From contig CAWHLU010000003.1 in the NCBI GenBank assembly GCA_963830285.1, positions 79,416 through 143,415 of the forward strand: a DNA stretch of 64,000 bases, given 5' to 3'. The notes below the pieces were generated by a model. The model had not been told where the DNA came from. It saw only the letters and a program-made list of their open reading frames with translations, and did not search any database. The DNA is from an uncultured Acidobacteriaceae bacterium (GTDB taxonomy: Bacteria; Acidobacteriota; Terriglobia; Terriglobales; Acidobacteriaceae). Shown piece by piece: positions 1 through 10,418 of this stretch. Made by a program: the position numbers and the translations under genes. The first letter of the stretch is position 1. Each line of letters opens with the position of its first letter.

Positions 1-140
1 GAGTTCTATGTCAGCGGCGCCCTCTGCTTTCAGCTCGGGCCGCGTTGGCCGCCCTTTACGCATCGACGATAGCGAAGTTCACACAAGAGGAAACCTGTAT
101 GATCAGCCGCCCCCCTTCTTGTGCGCGCTAGAATTTACCT

Positions 141-1619
<1,479 letters not shown>

Positions 1620-1652
1620 AACTCCAGGCGCTTTGAATTCTTCACTGCCCGG

Positions 1653-1679
1653 GGAACCCTTCTCGCAGTTTCTGCGTAT
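1653..1679 (+). promoter_or_regulatory. Putative ECF sigma-factor promoter GGAAC-N17-CGTAT
   Basis: Motif ~45 nt upstream of the lipoprotein ATG; resembles GGAAC...CGT-type ECF promoters. Confidence 0.45.
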
Positions 1680-1723
1680 GCTCGTGTGAGACAGGCGTGT
1701 GAGCCTTTCAGGAGGTCCGCGGT

Positions 1724-2407
1724 ATGAACCTGCGCAAGGGATGTGCTCTGTTGCTGGTAGGGGCGCTGCCGGCTCTTCTGGCGGGCTGCAGAGGTTTCGG
1801 TTCGCACTATATCAATGACGAGATGTCGAACAGTTCGACCGGCGCATCTGGCGAGGTCGTCATCAGCAAGATGGGCGGAGGCATCGACGTTGCCAACGCG
1901 CCGCACGGAGCCTCGCTGTCGACCATGGGCGGCGGCATTCACGTCGGCAACGTCGCCTCGTTCGCCAAGATCAAGACCATGGGCGGCGGCATCGAGGTCG
2001 ATCATGCCACCGGTTCGGTGGATGCCACGACCATGGGAGGCGGCATCACCATCAGCACTGCCGAAGGGCCCGTGAAAGCTACTTCCATGGGCGGCGGCAT
2101 CACCGTGCGCGAAGTGGGAACCTCGGGCCAGCGGGATATCCGTCTCGATTCGAAGGGTGGAACCATCGAGCTGACCGTTCCCAAGGACTTCTCGATGGAC
2201 GTGAAGATCACGCTCGCCTACACCCGCACGGATCGCCAGTACCATATCGTTCAGCACGCCGGACTGGATGTTCACGAAACGAGCGACTGGGATCATTCAT
2301 TTGGCACGCCGCGCAAATACATTCGCGCCAGCGGGATCGTAGGCAGCGGTACGAACCACGTAACGATCGAAACCGTCAATGGCGATGTGATTCTGAACCA
2401 GGAATAG
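1724..2407 (+). CDS. DUF4097-like beta-strand repeat lipoprotein
   Basis: Lipobox LAGC; repeated (T/S)MGGGI.V units; C-terminal IETVNGDVIL; SD AGGAGG. Confidence 0.8.
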   Translation: MNLRKGCALLLVGALPALLAGCRGFGSHYINDEMSNSSTGASGEVVISKMGGGIDVANAPHGASLSTMGGGIHVGNVASFAKIKTMGGGIEVDHATGSVDATTMGGGITISTAEGPVKATSMGGGITVREVGTSGQRDIRLDSKGGTIELTVPKDFSMDVKITLAYTRTDRQYHIVQHAGLDVHETSDWDHSFGTPRKYIRASGIVGSGTNHVTIETVNGDVILNQE

Positions 2408-2418
2408 AGTAGACAACT

Positions 2419-2733
2419 TCAACCGGGATTCTTGAGCCGTCGCGCAGCTTCGCGCCATGGGCTGCGCACTGTATATACGGGTGTCGCGGTAACACTCCCT
2501 CTTCTGGCTGCCAGCAGTTTGCGCTTGAGCAGCCAGCCAATCGCAGCCTGCGCGGAGCTTTTCGAAATCCCTACCGACTCCGCCACCTGCTGATAGCTCG
2601 CCTGCACATCGGCGCGCGTCTTCGCCTGTTCCGCGGCAAGCCACAGGTAGACCAGAAAACTCACCGGCTTGCGGTCGTGGCCAACCAGATCGCGCATAAG
2701 CGTGTCGATAACGTAATCATCCAGGATCGGCAT
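2419..2733 (-). CDS. Small winged helix-turn-helix protein
   Basis: SYQQVAESVGISKSSAQAAIGWL helix-turn-helix pattern; divergent from the VOC gene. Confidence 0.75.
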   Translation of the reverse strand: MPILDDYVIDTLMRDLVGHDRKPVSFLVYLWLAAEQAKTRADVQASYQQVAESVGISKSSAQAAIGWLLKRKLLAARRGSVTATPVYTVRSPWREAARRLKNPG

Positions 2734-2739
2734 GCTATA

Positions 2740-2765
2740 TCAATCGATACTATAGCATCGAATGA
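2740..2765. promoter_or_regulatory. 26-bp imperfect palindrome, candidate operator between the HTH and VOC genes
   Basis: TCAATCGATACTATAGCATCGAATGA matches its reverse complement at 22 of 26 positions and overlaps a TATAGT -10-like hexamer on the minus strand. Confidence 0.6.
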
Positions 2766-2818
2766 CTGATTGATCCGGAATCCGGGCCACATTATTCTCG
2801 ATCCATCGTGAGGTCAGC

Positions 2819-3196
2819 ATGGTCAGAGGCATCAAGTTTGTCGGAATTCCCGTACGCGATCAGGATGTGGCGTTGAAGTTTTACACCGAAGCCTTGGGCA
2901 TGAAGGTGATGACGGATCAGCCCTTCACACCCAAACAGCGATGGATCGAATTGATGATCCCGGGCGCTGACACTGGAATGGCGCTCTTCACTCCCGACGG
3001 CCACGAGAAGCGCATCGGGGAGAGCCAGTCGATCTCGTTCTGGTGCGACGACGTCTTCGCAACCGCGGATGCCATGAAGAAGAAAGGTGTGGTCTTCACC
3101 AAGGAGCCGACGACCGAGCCGTGGGGCTCCGTCGCCGTGTTCAAGGATGCGGATGGAAATCAGCTCGTATTGTCGAGCCGGGGCAAGCAGAAATAA
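2819..3196 (+). CDS. VOC (glyoxalase/bleomycin resistance) family protein
   Basis: IPVRDQDVALKFYTEALG, EPWGSVAVFKDADGN. Confidence 0.9.
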   Translation: MVRGIKFVGIPVRDQDVALKFYTEALGMKVMTDQPFTPKQRWIELMIPGADTGMALFTPDGHEKRIGESQSISFWCDDVFATADAMKKKGVVFTKEPTTEPWGSVAVFKDADGNQLVLSSRGKQK

Positions 3197-3253
3197 TCGC
3201 TTTGTTCCAGGATCCACCCCGGAAGACGACGCTCCTCCGGGCTGGAAGACTTC

Positions 3254-3622
3254 CTATTTCAATTTCAACTCCGTCTCAAAATCCTTGCGCACGTCCCACG
3301 AACTGACGGTTTTGGTTGCGCTCTTCTTGCCGTCCTTCTCGGCCCACAGATCGTAGTCGTCGGTCATGCTGACCTGGGCGAAGCGAAAGCTGCCGTTGCC
3401 GGAAGACGTATAACTGCGGATGGACTTGGTTTTCGTGTTCTTGAGGAAGACGGTTGCACCTTGCACCGGTGCGGAATTCGCGTCGACAACCAGCCCGCCA
3501 ACATTACGCTGACCGAGGTTCTGGGCGTGGGCAACGCCGGAATTGTTTACCCCTGAGATCATCACCACTGCAAAGGTGGCAAATGCCACCCAAGCCGCCA
3601 ATCGTGCGCGGTTCCCTTTCAC
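3254..3622 (-). CDS. Secreted carboxypeptidase regulatory-like domain protein
   Basis: GTG start overlaps the upstream TGA (GTGA); signal peptide; GLVVDANSAPVQGATVFL...TSSGNGSFRF fold pattern. Confidence 0.8.
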   Translation of the reverse strand: MKGNRARLAAWVAFATFAVVMISGVNNSGVAHAQNLGQRNVGGLVVDANSAPVQGATVFLKNTKTKSIRSYTSSGNGSFRFAQVSMTDDYDLWAEKDGKKSATKTVSSWDVRKDFETELKLK

Positions 3623-3813
3623 TCTTCCTCCTCGTCCTCGGCCAGAAAGTCGTCGTCTTCGTCGATACCCTCTTCCACTTTCGAGAGCTCGAGCGGTTCC
3701 ACTCCAACGACCTCGTACTCGGTTCCACATTCATCACAGGCGACCACGTCGCCCTCTTCCACTTCTTCAATATCAATATCGAGGTTGTTTTCACATTCCG
3801 GGCAGCTTGTCAT
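3619..3813 (-). CDS. LysW-like acidic zinc-ribbon small protein (64 aa)
   Basis: MTSCPECENNLDIDIEEVEEGDVVACDECGTEYEVVGVEPLEL...EDEEEE; SD GGAGG; C-terminal end of ORF 3619-4704. Confidence 0.8.
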   Translation of the reverse strand: MTSCPECENNLDIDIEEVEEGDVVACDECGTEYEVVGVEPLELSKVEEGIDEDDDFLAEDEEEE

Positions 3814-3862
3814 GGCAGCCTCCTCCCAAGGCATTTTCGTGATGTAGGATGGCGTTACCCCT

Positions 3863-3892
3863 AGGGTACGAACTTGGGTTAGTTTTAGGCAA
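3863..3892 (-). promoter_or_regulatory. Putative sigma70 promoter TTGCCT-N18-TACCCT for the LysW-like gene
   Basis: Hexamers and spacing read on the minus strand, ~50 nt upstream of the ATG. Confidence 0.4.
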
Positions 3893-3960
3893 ACCGTTGG
3901 AAAGGTCAAGAGGCCGAATTCCCCTCTCCGCACCGAAGTGCGTACACCGGAGAACAAATC

Positions 3961-5409
3961 ATGAAGATTCCCCAATGGGTCCCGCTTTGCGGGCTTGCAC
4001 TGGCGTGCAGCGCCACGACTGCGCAGCCCGACTACGCGCTTCATGCCACCCCTATCGGTTCCGCGCCGGCCGATCCGGCGATTGTCCGGGCCCTTGCCAC
4101 CATCAAACCCCAACAGATACAAGAGACGATTCAGACGCTGGTTGGTTTCGGTACGCGCAGTACGCTCTCGAGTATGGAAGCCGATCTGCCGCCCGGCCAG
4201 GGGATCAACGCCGCGGCCGATTGGATCGCTGCACAATTTGAATCCATTTCGCACGAATGCGGCGGGTGCCTCGAAGTCAAGCGCGACATTTTTACCGCCG
4301 ATCCGGCAAGCGGCGCCCAGTGGGCGCGCCGGATTCCCAGGCCCACGAAAATCACCAATGTTTACGCCATTCTGCGCGGGACCGATCCGGAACAGGCCAA
4401 ACGCATGGTCCTGGTGACAGGTCATTACGACTCGCGCAATTCCAGCAATAACGATGACCACGCCGCTGCTCCCGGCGCCAACGATGACGCTTCCGGCGTA
4501 GCCGTTTCGCTGGAGTGCGCACGGGCCCTGAGCAAGCTCAAGTTCCCCGGAACCATTGTGTTTGTAGCCGTGGCCGGAGAGGAACAGGGGCTGGTCGGGT
4601 CCGGCCACCTGGCCAAACTGGCCAAGGATGAAGGCTGGGATCTTGAAGCGGCATTGAACAACGACATCGTGGGCGGCAACACTACGCCCGGCGACACCCT
4701 TCAATTGAAAGACCGCGTGCGCGTATTTTCAGAGGGCGTTCCGCAGTCCGCGACACCAGAGGAGGCGCGCGCCATTCGCGCTCTTGGCAAGGAGAACGAT
4801 TCGCCCAGCCGTGAACTCGCCCGGGCCATCGCGGAGACGGCGCACACCTATCTCTCGCGACCGGGAGCGGCAAAGCCGTTTACGGCATCTTTGATCGACC
4901 GGCCCGACCGCTACCTGCGCGGCGGCGACCACAGCTCCTTTAACCACGAGGGCTTTGCCGCCGTGCGCTTTACCGAGTGGCGCGAGGACTATAACCACCA
5001 GCACCAGAACGTCGTAATGCCACCCGCTGGTTCGAACGATCCGATCCTCGGAGACCTGCTCCGCTTTGTGGACTTCAACTACGTGGCCCAGGTGGCGCGG
5101 TTGAATGCGGCAACCCTGGCCACCCTGGCCTTTGCACCCGGGGAGCCGCAGAAGGTGGCCATCGTGAATAAAATGACTGAGAACGGCTCGACTTTGACCT
5201 GGGAGCCGCCTGTTGGCGGTGGAGTCGCCCACTATGAGGTGCTGTGGCGCGAAACGACCGCGCCCAACTGGCAGTATACGAAGCAGGTTGCGGCTGCGAT
5301 TGCTGGCGACCCGCTCACCGTAACGCTGCCCGTCTCCAAGGACAACGTGATCTTCGGCGTGCGCGCCGTCGACGCGAAGGGCCATCGCGGGCTGGTCGTG
5401 GTTCCGTAG
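3961..5409 (+). CDS. Secreted M28 family metallopeptidase with C-terminal Fn3-like domain
   Basis: GHYDS, PGANDDASG, GEEQGL, NNDIVG, GGDH zinc-site motifs; signal peptide. Confidence 0.9.
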   Translation: MKIPQWVPLCGLALACSATTAQPDYALHATPIGSAPADPAIVRALATIKPQQIQETIQTLVGFGTRSTLSSMEADLPPGQGINAAADWIAAQFESISHECGGCLEVKRDIFTADPASGAQWARRIPRPTKITNVYAILRGTDPEQAKRMVLVTGHYDSRNSSNNDDHAAAPGANDDASGVAVSLECARALSKLKFPGTIVFVAVAGEEQGLVGSGHLAKLAKDEGWDLEAALNNDIVGGNTTPGDTLQLKDRVRVFSEGVPQSATPEEARAIRALGKENDSPSRELARAIAETAHTYLSRPGAAKPFTASLIDRPDRYLRGGDHSSFNHEGFAAVRFTEWREDYNHQHQNVVMPPAGSNDPILGDLLRFVDFNYVAQVARLNAATLATLAFAPGEPQKVAIVNKMTENGSTLTWEPPVGGGVAHYEVLWRETTAPNWQYTKQVAAAIAGDPLTVTLPVSKDNVIFGVRAVDAKGHRGLVVVP

Positions 5410-5489
5410 CCCCAAATGGGCCCGAATCTATCCCCCCGCGCATCCACCCATGACACGCGCAAGCCATTCCATTTAACCTGTTCACTACG

Positions 5490-6309
5490 ATGCCCAGGAT
5501 TGGCGCCACCCAACTTTCGTTTCCAAGTTTCCGAGGCGCAACACGTCTGCTGGTGCTGACCAATCTGGGCGCCTTTTTCCTTCTCCTGATCCTTGGAGCA
5601 ACGAACGAGGATCTCTTCAGTTGGCTCGTCCTTCATGGTGCTTTTATACCGCGAGCTTTCTTGCACGGGTGGATATGGCAGCCCCTGACGTATAGCTTTG
5701 TCCAACTCGGCATAACCCAGACTCTCCTCTCCTTGCTGGCGCTTTGGTTTCTGGCCGGCTTCCTTGAGAACTTCCACCAACGGGACTGGGTTTTGTCGCT
5801 TTACGCAGTCTCGGTTCTGGCTACAGCTGCCGCGGGACTGGCTATCTACCTTGGTCACGTGACCCTTGGCTATTCACTACCTGAGATTCCGCTCTCTGGC
5901 TCATTCGGCGGAATCTTCGGCTTCATCGTGGTCATTGGCGTCCTTTATGGCGACATGGAGTTCATGTTCTTTCCACTCCCCATCAGCATCAAGGCCCGCT
6001 ACGTTGCAATCATCGCCGGCCTGGTAGCCATTGCCTACCTGTTCAGCTCTTTGCGCTTGTATGGCTTCGCACAGCTTGGCGGTGCGTTAGGCGGGTATCT
6101 ATTCACGCGCATGGGCGCCGCGTCGAGGAGTGTCATTCCAGCTAAGCGAAAAGTGGTACGCCCTGCGCAACGGCTACTATCGCTGGAAGCGTCGCAAGGC
6201 TGCGAAGAAGTTCGAGGTCTACATGCGCTCCCAGGGTCGCACCGTGAAGTTCGACGGCAGCGGAAAACAGCTTGACGAGGATCACGACGACAAGAAGCGC
6301 TGGAACTGA
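5490..6309 (+). CDS. Rhomboid-family intramembrane protease-like protein (frameshift near 6130)
   Basis: WQPLTYSF and several TM helices; the shifted frame gives the tail RNGYYRWKRRKAAKKFEVYMR...DKKRWN*. Confidence 0.75.
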
Positions 6310-6435
6310 AACTGCCCCGCTGACCGGCGAATGAGCGCGGATGCAAATGTCTGGGGCCGGGCCTACAGTGCAATCCGATCCGAGATCGGTGCGATCTGGG
6401 ATCGGAAATCGTGCAGTCTTCCTCGCCCGCGCTGG

Positions 6436-7665
6436 TTAGCGCGGGGTGCCGTCGCCGTTGACGACTTGTTGTCGCGTCCAGTTGCCCGAGAGCGTGCCAT
6501 TCGGGTTCGCATTTGGATCGCTGGTCTGGAAACCTCTGCCGGTGCCATCGGCCCAGGTGTATGCCAGGCCGCTTGAGACCTTGTTCAGCGCCCCAGTGCC
6601 GGGGTCGCGCACGGTTTGCTGATTCAGCGCGTAGTCGACGATATTTGACGTCGCTGTAGAGCGCGCCTGCATGTCCGCGGCGTTGCGTGCCATTGACATA
6701 TCTGTTCCACGCTGCAGAGTTGAAAGGAACTGCTCATGGAGCCGTTGATTGGTGGCCTGGCTCTGCTGGAACTGCTGGTAGCTTGCAGTAGACTGTGCCC
6801 TCGCCGCGTCGCCCTGTCGACGAATGTTGGCGAGATTCTCCTGCGTCTGCATGTTGAGTCGCTGGTTCCAGGCCTGGGTCCATTGCGGAAGCTGATTGGC
6901 GCCGGCGGGTTGCAACATTTTTACGGCAGCGTCGAATTGATCTTCAGGAGCGCGCACGTACCGCACAGTCGCGGTGCAGTTGTAGTTCATGCGCAGGGGC
7001 ACCATGATGCTGGGGCGGCCCAGATGGGCCGAACAGTAAATGTCGGCGTTGAGCAGGCCTTTCATAGGAAAGGTGCCATTGGTGTAGCGAATGATCGCCT
7101 GCCCAAAGTCCTTGCGCTCCTCCGGCGGGCGCATCCCTGCCGAACGGTAGCGGGCGGCGTTGGCTTCCTTTGATCTTTCAAAGTTTTCCATGATGTTGGA
7201 GCGGACATCTTCAGGGATGGGATTCTCTCCCACATACTCGACACCCAGCATCCGGGCCACGTTTTTCAGAAATACCTGTGCGCTCTCGTACTCCTCTAAC
7301 GGAATGCAGTCGTTATTGTTTGTGGACTGCCGCGGCCCGTCGCTCCAATTCCAATCCATCCTCGGCAGCCTTTCCAGGACAGTGAGGCCGTCGGGACTGA
7401 TGGTGCGAAAAACCGGGAAGGGAATGGGCGCGCAGCTTGTGCCCTGGATCAGCTGCCCGACGAAGTGCCACTTCTCTGGCACAAAGACCTCATAGGCCGT
7501 CATTCCGAGGGTGGGATCATCGAGAGCTTCCGGGCGCATTCCGGGTGGCACTTGCGGCTCTTGAGCAAACGCTGCGGCCACCGGCGCCAGTCCCAGCAGA
7601 ACCAAGCCGATCCGTGCCCAGCCAATATCGATGCGCCGATAAGTTCTCGTTGCAAGTTTTGACAT
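6436..7665 (-). CDS. Secreted hypothetical protein
   Basis: 409-aa ORF, signal peptide ending AFA-Q, SD GAGGA, Gln-rich coiled C-terminal half. Confidence 0.8.
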   Translation of the reverse strand: MSKLATRTYRRIDIGWARIGLVLLGLAPVAAAFAQEPQVPPGMRPEALDDPTLGMTAYEVFVPEKWHFVGQLIQGTSCAPIPFPVFRTISPDGLTVLERLPRMDWNWSDGPRQSTNNNDCIPLEEYESAQVFLKNVARMLGVEYVGENPIPEDVRSNIMENFERSKEANAARYRSAGMRPPEERKDFGQAIIRYTNGTFPMKGLLNADIYCSAHLGRPSIMVPLRMNYNCTATVRYVRAPEDQFDAAVKMLQPAGANQLPQWTQAWNQRLNMQTQENLANIRRQGDAARAQSTASYQQFQQSQATNQRLHEQFLSTLQRGTDMSMARNAADMQARSTATSNIVDYALNQQTVRDPGTGALNKVSSGLAYTWADGTGRGFQTSDPNANPNGTLSGNWTRQQVVNGDGTPR

Positions 7666-7717
7666 TTTCTTCCTCGTGCCGCGTGAAATAGATACGTTGT
7701 GCCGGATTCGGGCTGAG

Positions 7718-7904
7718 AGCGATCGGTTTGGGGGTCGTGCTCCCGATCATCCCTCTGTCCTGTACGCGCCGTCGACAGGAAAAACGACTCACCCGATTCA
7801 AAACGATTCCCATTCGTTCAAACGATGGGAATCGGCCCGGAAGAAGCGATCGGTTGGGGAAAGAATCGTGCTCCCGATCATCTCTCTGAGCAGTACGCGC
7901 CGTC
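7718..7904. repeat. Two imperfect ~56-60 bp direct repeats (7718-7773, 7845-7904) flanking a terminator-like hairpin
   Basis: Shared AGCGATCGGTT...TCGTGCTCCCGATCATCyCTCTG...GTACGCGCCGTC; hairpin CGATTCCCAT...ATGGGAATCG at 7804-7834. Confidence 0.85.
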
Positions 7905-7973
7905 CAGTCAAAAGATGCATCGCCCAATCCAATAAATCTGAGCCACGCCGATTCCCCTGCGATAACGTAAAGC

Positions 7974-8628
7974 ATGGATCAAGATGCGGTTGAGACCGTT
8001 CGCGAGAATTACGACCGCATCGCGGAGGAATATGCGCGCAGGATCTTCCGCGAACTGGATGGCAAGCCTCTGGATCGCGAACTGCTCAGGCGCTTTGCCG
8101 ATGCAGTAAGAGGGCACGGCCCGGTGTGCGACATGGGTTGCGGGCCCGGCCATGTGGCGCGTTTCTTCCGCGATGGGCGAGTGGATGTCTTCGGACTGGA
8201 TCTCTCGCCGCAGATGGTCGCGCAGGCGCGGCATCTTAATCCGCGATATCGAGTTTCGCGAAGGCAATATCCTAGCGCTCGAACTGGAAGATGGATCGCT
8301 CGCGGGGATCATCGCGTTTTACGCCATCGTGAACATCCCCCCGCAATCGTTGCCAATCGCATTCGCAGAGATGCACCGCGTTCTGAAACCTGGAGGGCTG
8401 CTGCTGCTTTCGTTTCACATCGGCGAAGAAGTAATCCGGCCCGAAGAGCTGTGGGGCAATCGCGTCTCCATGGAGTTTTACAAGCTGCAGCCGGAGCGGA
8501 TTCAGCGCCTGCTGACCCACGCCGCATTTGTCATCGAAGACATCGTCGAACGCGATCCCTACGCGCCGGACGTGGAGTTCCAGAGCCGGCGTGCCTACGT
8601 CTTTGCGCGTAAACCGGCCGCCGCCTGA
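7974..8628 (+). CDS. Class I SAM-dependent methyltransferase (frameshift near 8240)
   Basis: VCDMGCGPGH, GLDLSPQM, then HRVLKPGGLLLL in the next frame. Confidence 0.88.
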
Positions 8629-8686
8629 AGGGACCGGGTTTCGCGCGATCGAAAGCGATGCCTGGTTCGATACAATCCTCTCTGGC

Positions 8687-9635
8687 ATGAACAAGAAAAT
8701 TGCATTTCTCTTTCCGGGGCAAGGCTCGCAGACCGTGGGCATGGGCCGCGATCTTGCTGATCGCTTTCCGATTGCCAGGCAGACCTTTGCCGAGGCCGAC
8801 GAGGCCTGCGGATTCGCACTGTCCAGGCTCTGCTTCGAAGGACCTGAAGAAGAACTGAAGCTGACCGAAAATACGCAGCCCGCCATCATGACGGTCAGCG
8901 TGGCTGTGCTGCGCGTGCTCGCGGAACACGGCATTCAACCCGCGCTCGCTGCCGGACATTCGCTGGGCGAATGGTCCGCCCATGTGGCCGCCGGAACACT
9001 GACGTTCGCCGATGCCGTGCGTGCGGTAAAAGCGCGCGGTCGAGCGATGCAGCAGGCGGTGCCTGCCGGGCAGGGCGCGATGGCGGCAATTCTGTCGCTC
9101 GATCCCGAGCAGGTGGCCGAGGCCTGCGAGGAGGCCGCACAGGAAACAGGACTGACCGTCGCCGCGGCCAATTTCAATTCACCGGGGCAGACGGTCATCT
9201 CGGGCGCGACCGCCGCCGTCGAAAGGGCCGCTGCCCTTTGCAAAACCAGGGGTGCTCGGCGTGCGGTGATGCTCCCGGTTAGCGCTCCCTTTCATTGCGC
9301 CCTGATGCAGCCGGCGCAGGAAGAGGTGGCACGGGTGCTGGCCGGCCTGCAGCTTGCCGAACCGCGCATTCCGGTAGCCTGCCAATGCCAGCGGAACGAT
9401 GGTGACGACGGCCCAGGGAGCGCGCAACGCCCTCATCGAGCAGGTAACCGGCACGGTGCGTTGGGTCGATTGTGTAAGGACTATGGTCGGTGCGGAAGCC
9501 GAGATATTTATCGAAGCCGGCCCCGGCAAGGTGCTCTGCGGACTACTCAAGCAGATCGACCCGGCGCAGAAATCGCTCAACGTGGAAGACACAGCGAGTC
9601 TCGAAAAAGCACGAGCGGAGCTCGCCGGAGCGTGA
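8687..9635 (+). CDS. fabD: Malonyl-CoA:ACP transacylase (frameshift near 9385)
   Basis: AFLFPGQGSQ, TENTQPA, GHSLGE, LPVSAPFH, then VRWVD and EAGPGKVL in the shifted frame. Confidence 0.95.
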
Positions 9636-9681
9636 GGCCGATCCACCAGGGAACAGTGATTCTTTGTGCTCGCAGCTCGGG

Positions 9682-10188
9682 TTACGGCCCGAGGTACAGC
9701 TCCTCATCCGGCGGCGCGAAGTCCAGGGTGTGGTCCTTGGGATAGTAGGTAAGAAACAGCGCCTTGCTCTTGCGCCCGTTGATCAGCAGCCCTACCAGCA
9801 GCACATTCCGGAACACCCGCGCCGCCACAATCTGATGGCTCTGGATAACTCCATATTCGTTCTGAGTGTTGTTCGGACCCCAATCGGCCTCAAAGCGATC
9901 GAAGGGGTAGGCACCGTACTTGTCCGGGTGCTGCTGCCAGTTGGGATCATGCATCCAGATCCCGTAGGCCTGCTTCAGGTCGTTCTTCTCCACGGATTCC
10001 ATGAAGTGGTTCATGGTGTATCGGCCCCGCAGGTGCGTCCACCAGTTCCAGGGCCAGTCGGCAGGATGGCCTGAAACCAGCCAGAACACAACAATGAAGA
10101 CGAAAAGCAGGCCGCCACCGCTATACAGCATTACCCGATTTCGCAGGTCGCGGGCCTCGTCAAATTTGGGAGCATCCAGCAGGGTCAT
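9682..10188 (-). CDS. Hypothetical membrane-anchored protein
   Basis: 168-aa ORF with one N-terminal TM helix; SD GAGGA. Confidence 0.75.
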   Translation of the reverse strand: MTLLDAPKFDEARDLRNRVMLYSGGGLLFVFIVVFWLVSGHPADWPWNWWTHLRGRYTMNHFMESVEKNDLKQAYGIWMHDPNWQQHPDKYGAYPFDRFEADWGPNNTQNEYGVIQSHQIVAARVFRNVLLVGLLINGRKSKALFLTYYPKDHTLDFAPPDEELYLGP

Positions 10189-10222
10189 TCAGACTTTCCT
10201 CGCAGTCAAGGATACGGTAAGA

Positions 10223-10412
10223 CAGGGAGCAGGGAATAGGCAGTAGGGAATAACTCGCGGGAGATGTACCTGGAGAGACTTTGGTTTGGGTTCGCTATTC
10301 AAGTCGCCTCTTCATAATTAGACACCGGCAGGACAACGGTAGTTCCCGAATTGTTGCTCCCTGATCCCTAGTCCCTAGCCCCTATTCCCTATTCCCTAGT
10401 CCCTAGTCCCTG
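10223..10412. repeat. Inverted heptamer-repeat element M, (YAGGGAN)n...(NTCCCTR)n, ddl/orf junction
   Basis: CAGGGAG CAGGGAA TAGGCAG TAGGGAA at 10223-10252; CTGATCC CTAGTCC CTAGCCC CTATTCC CTATTCC CTAGTCC CTAGTCC CTG ending 10412. Confidence 0.9.
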
Positions 10413-10418
10413 CTTCTC

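Noticed and set aside
3619-4704. 361-aa minus-strand ORF as a single gene
   Set aside because: Most of it is antisense to the M28 peptidase; only the last 64 codons (SD plus ATG at 3813) look real.
7718-7904. Tandem glycine or c-di-GMP riboswitch
   Set aside because: The diagnostic cores (GGAGA..CCGAAG..CUCUCAGG; GGCAAA..GCAAAG) are not present; kept only as an unknown motif.
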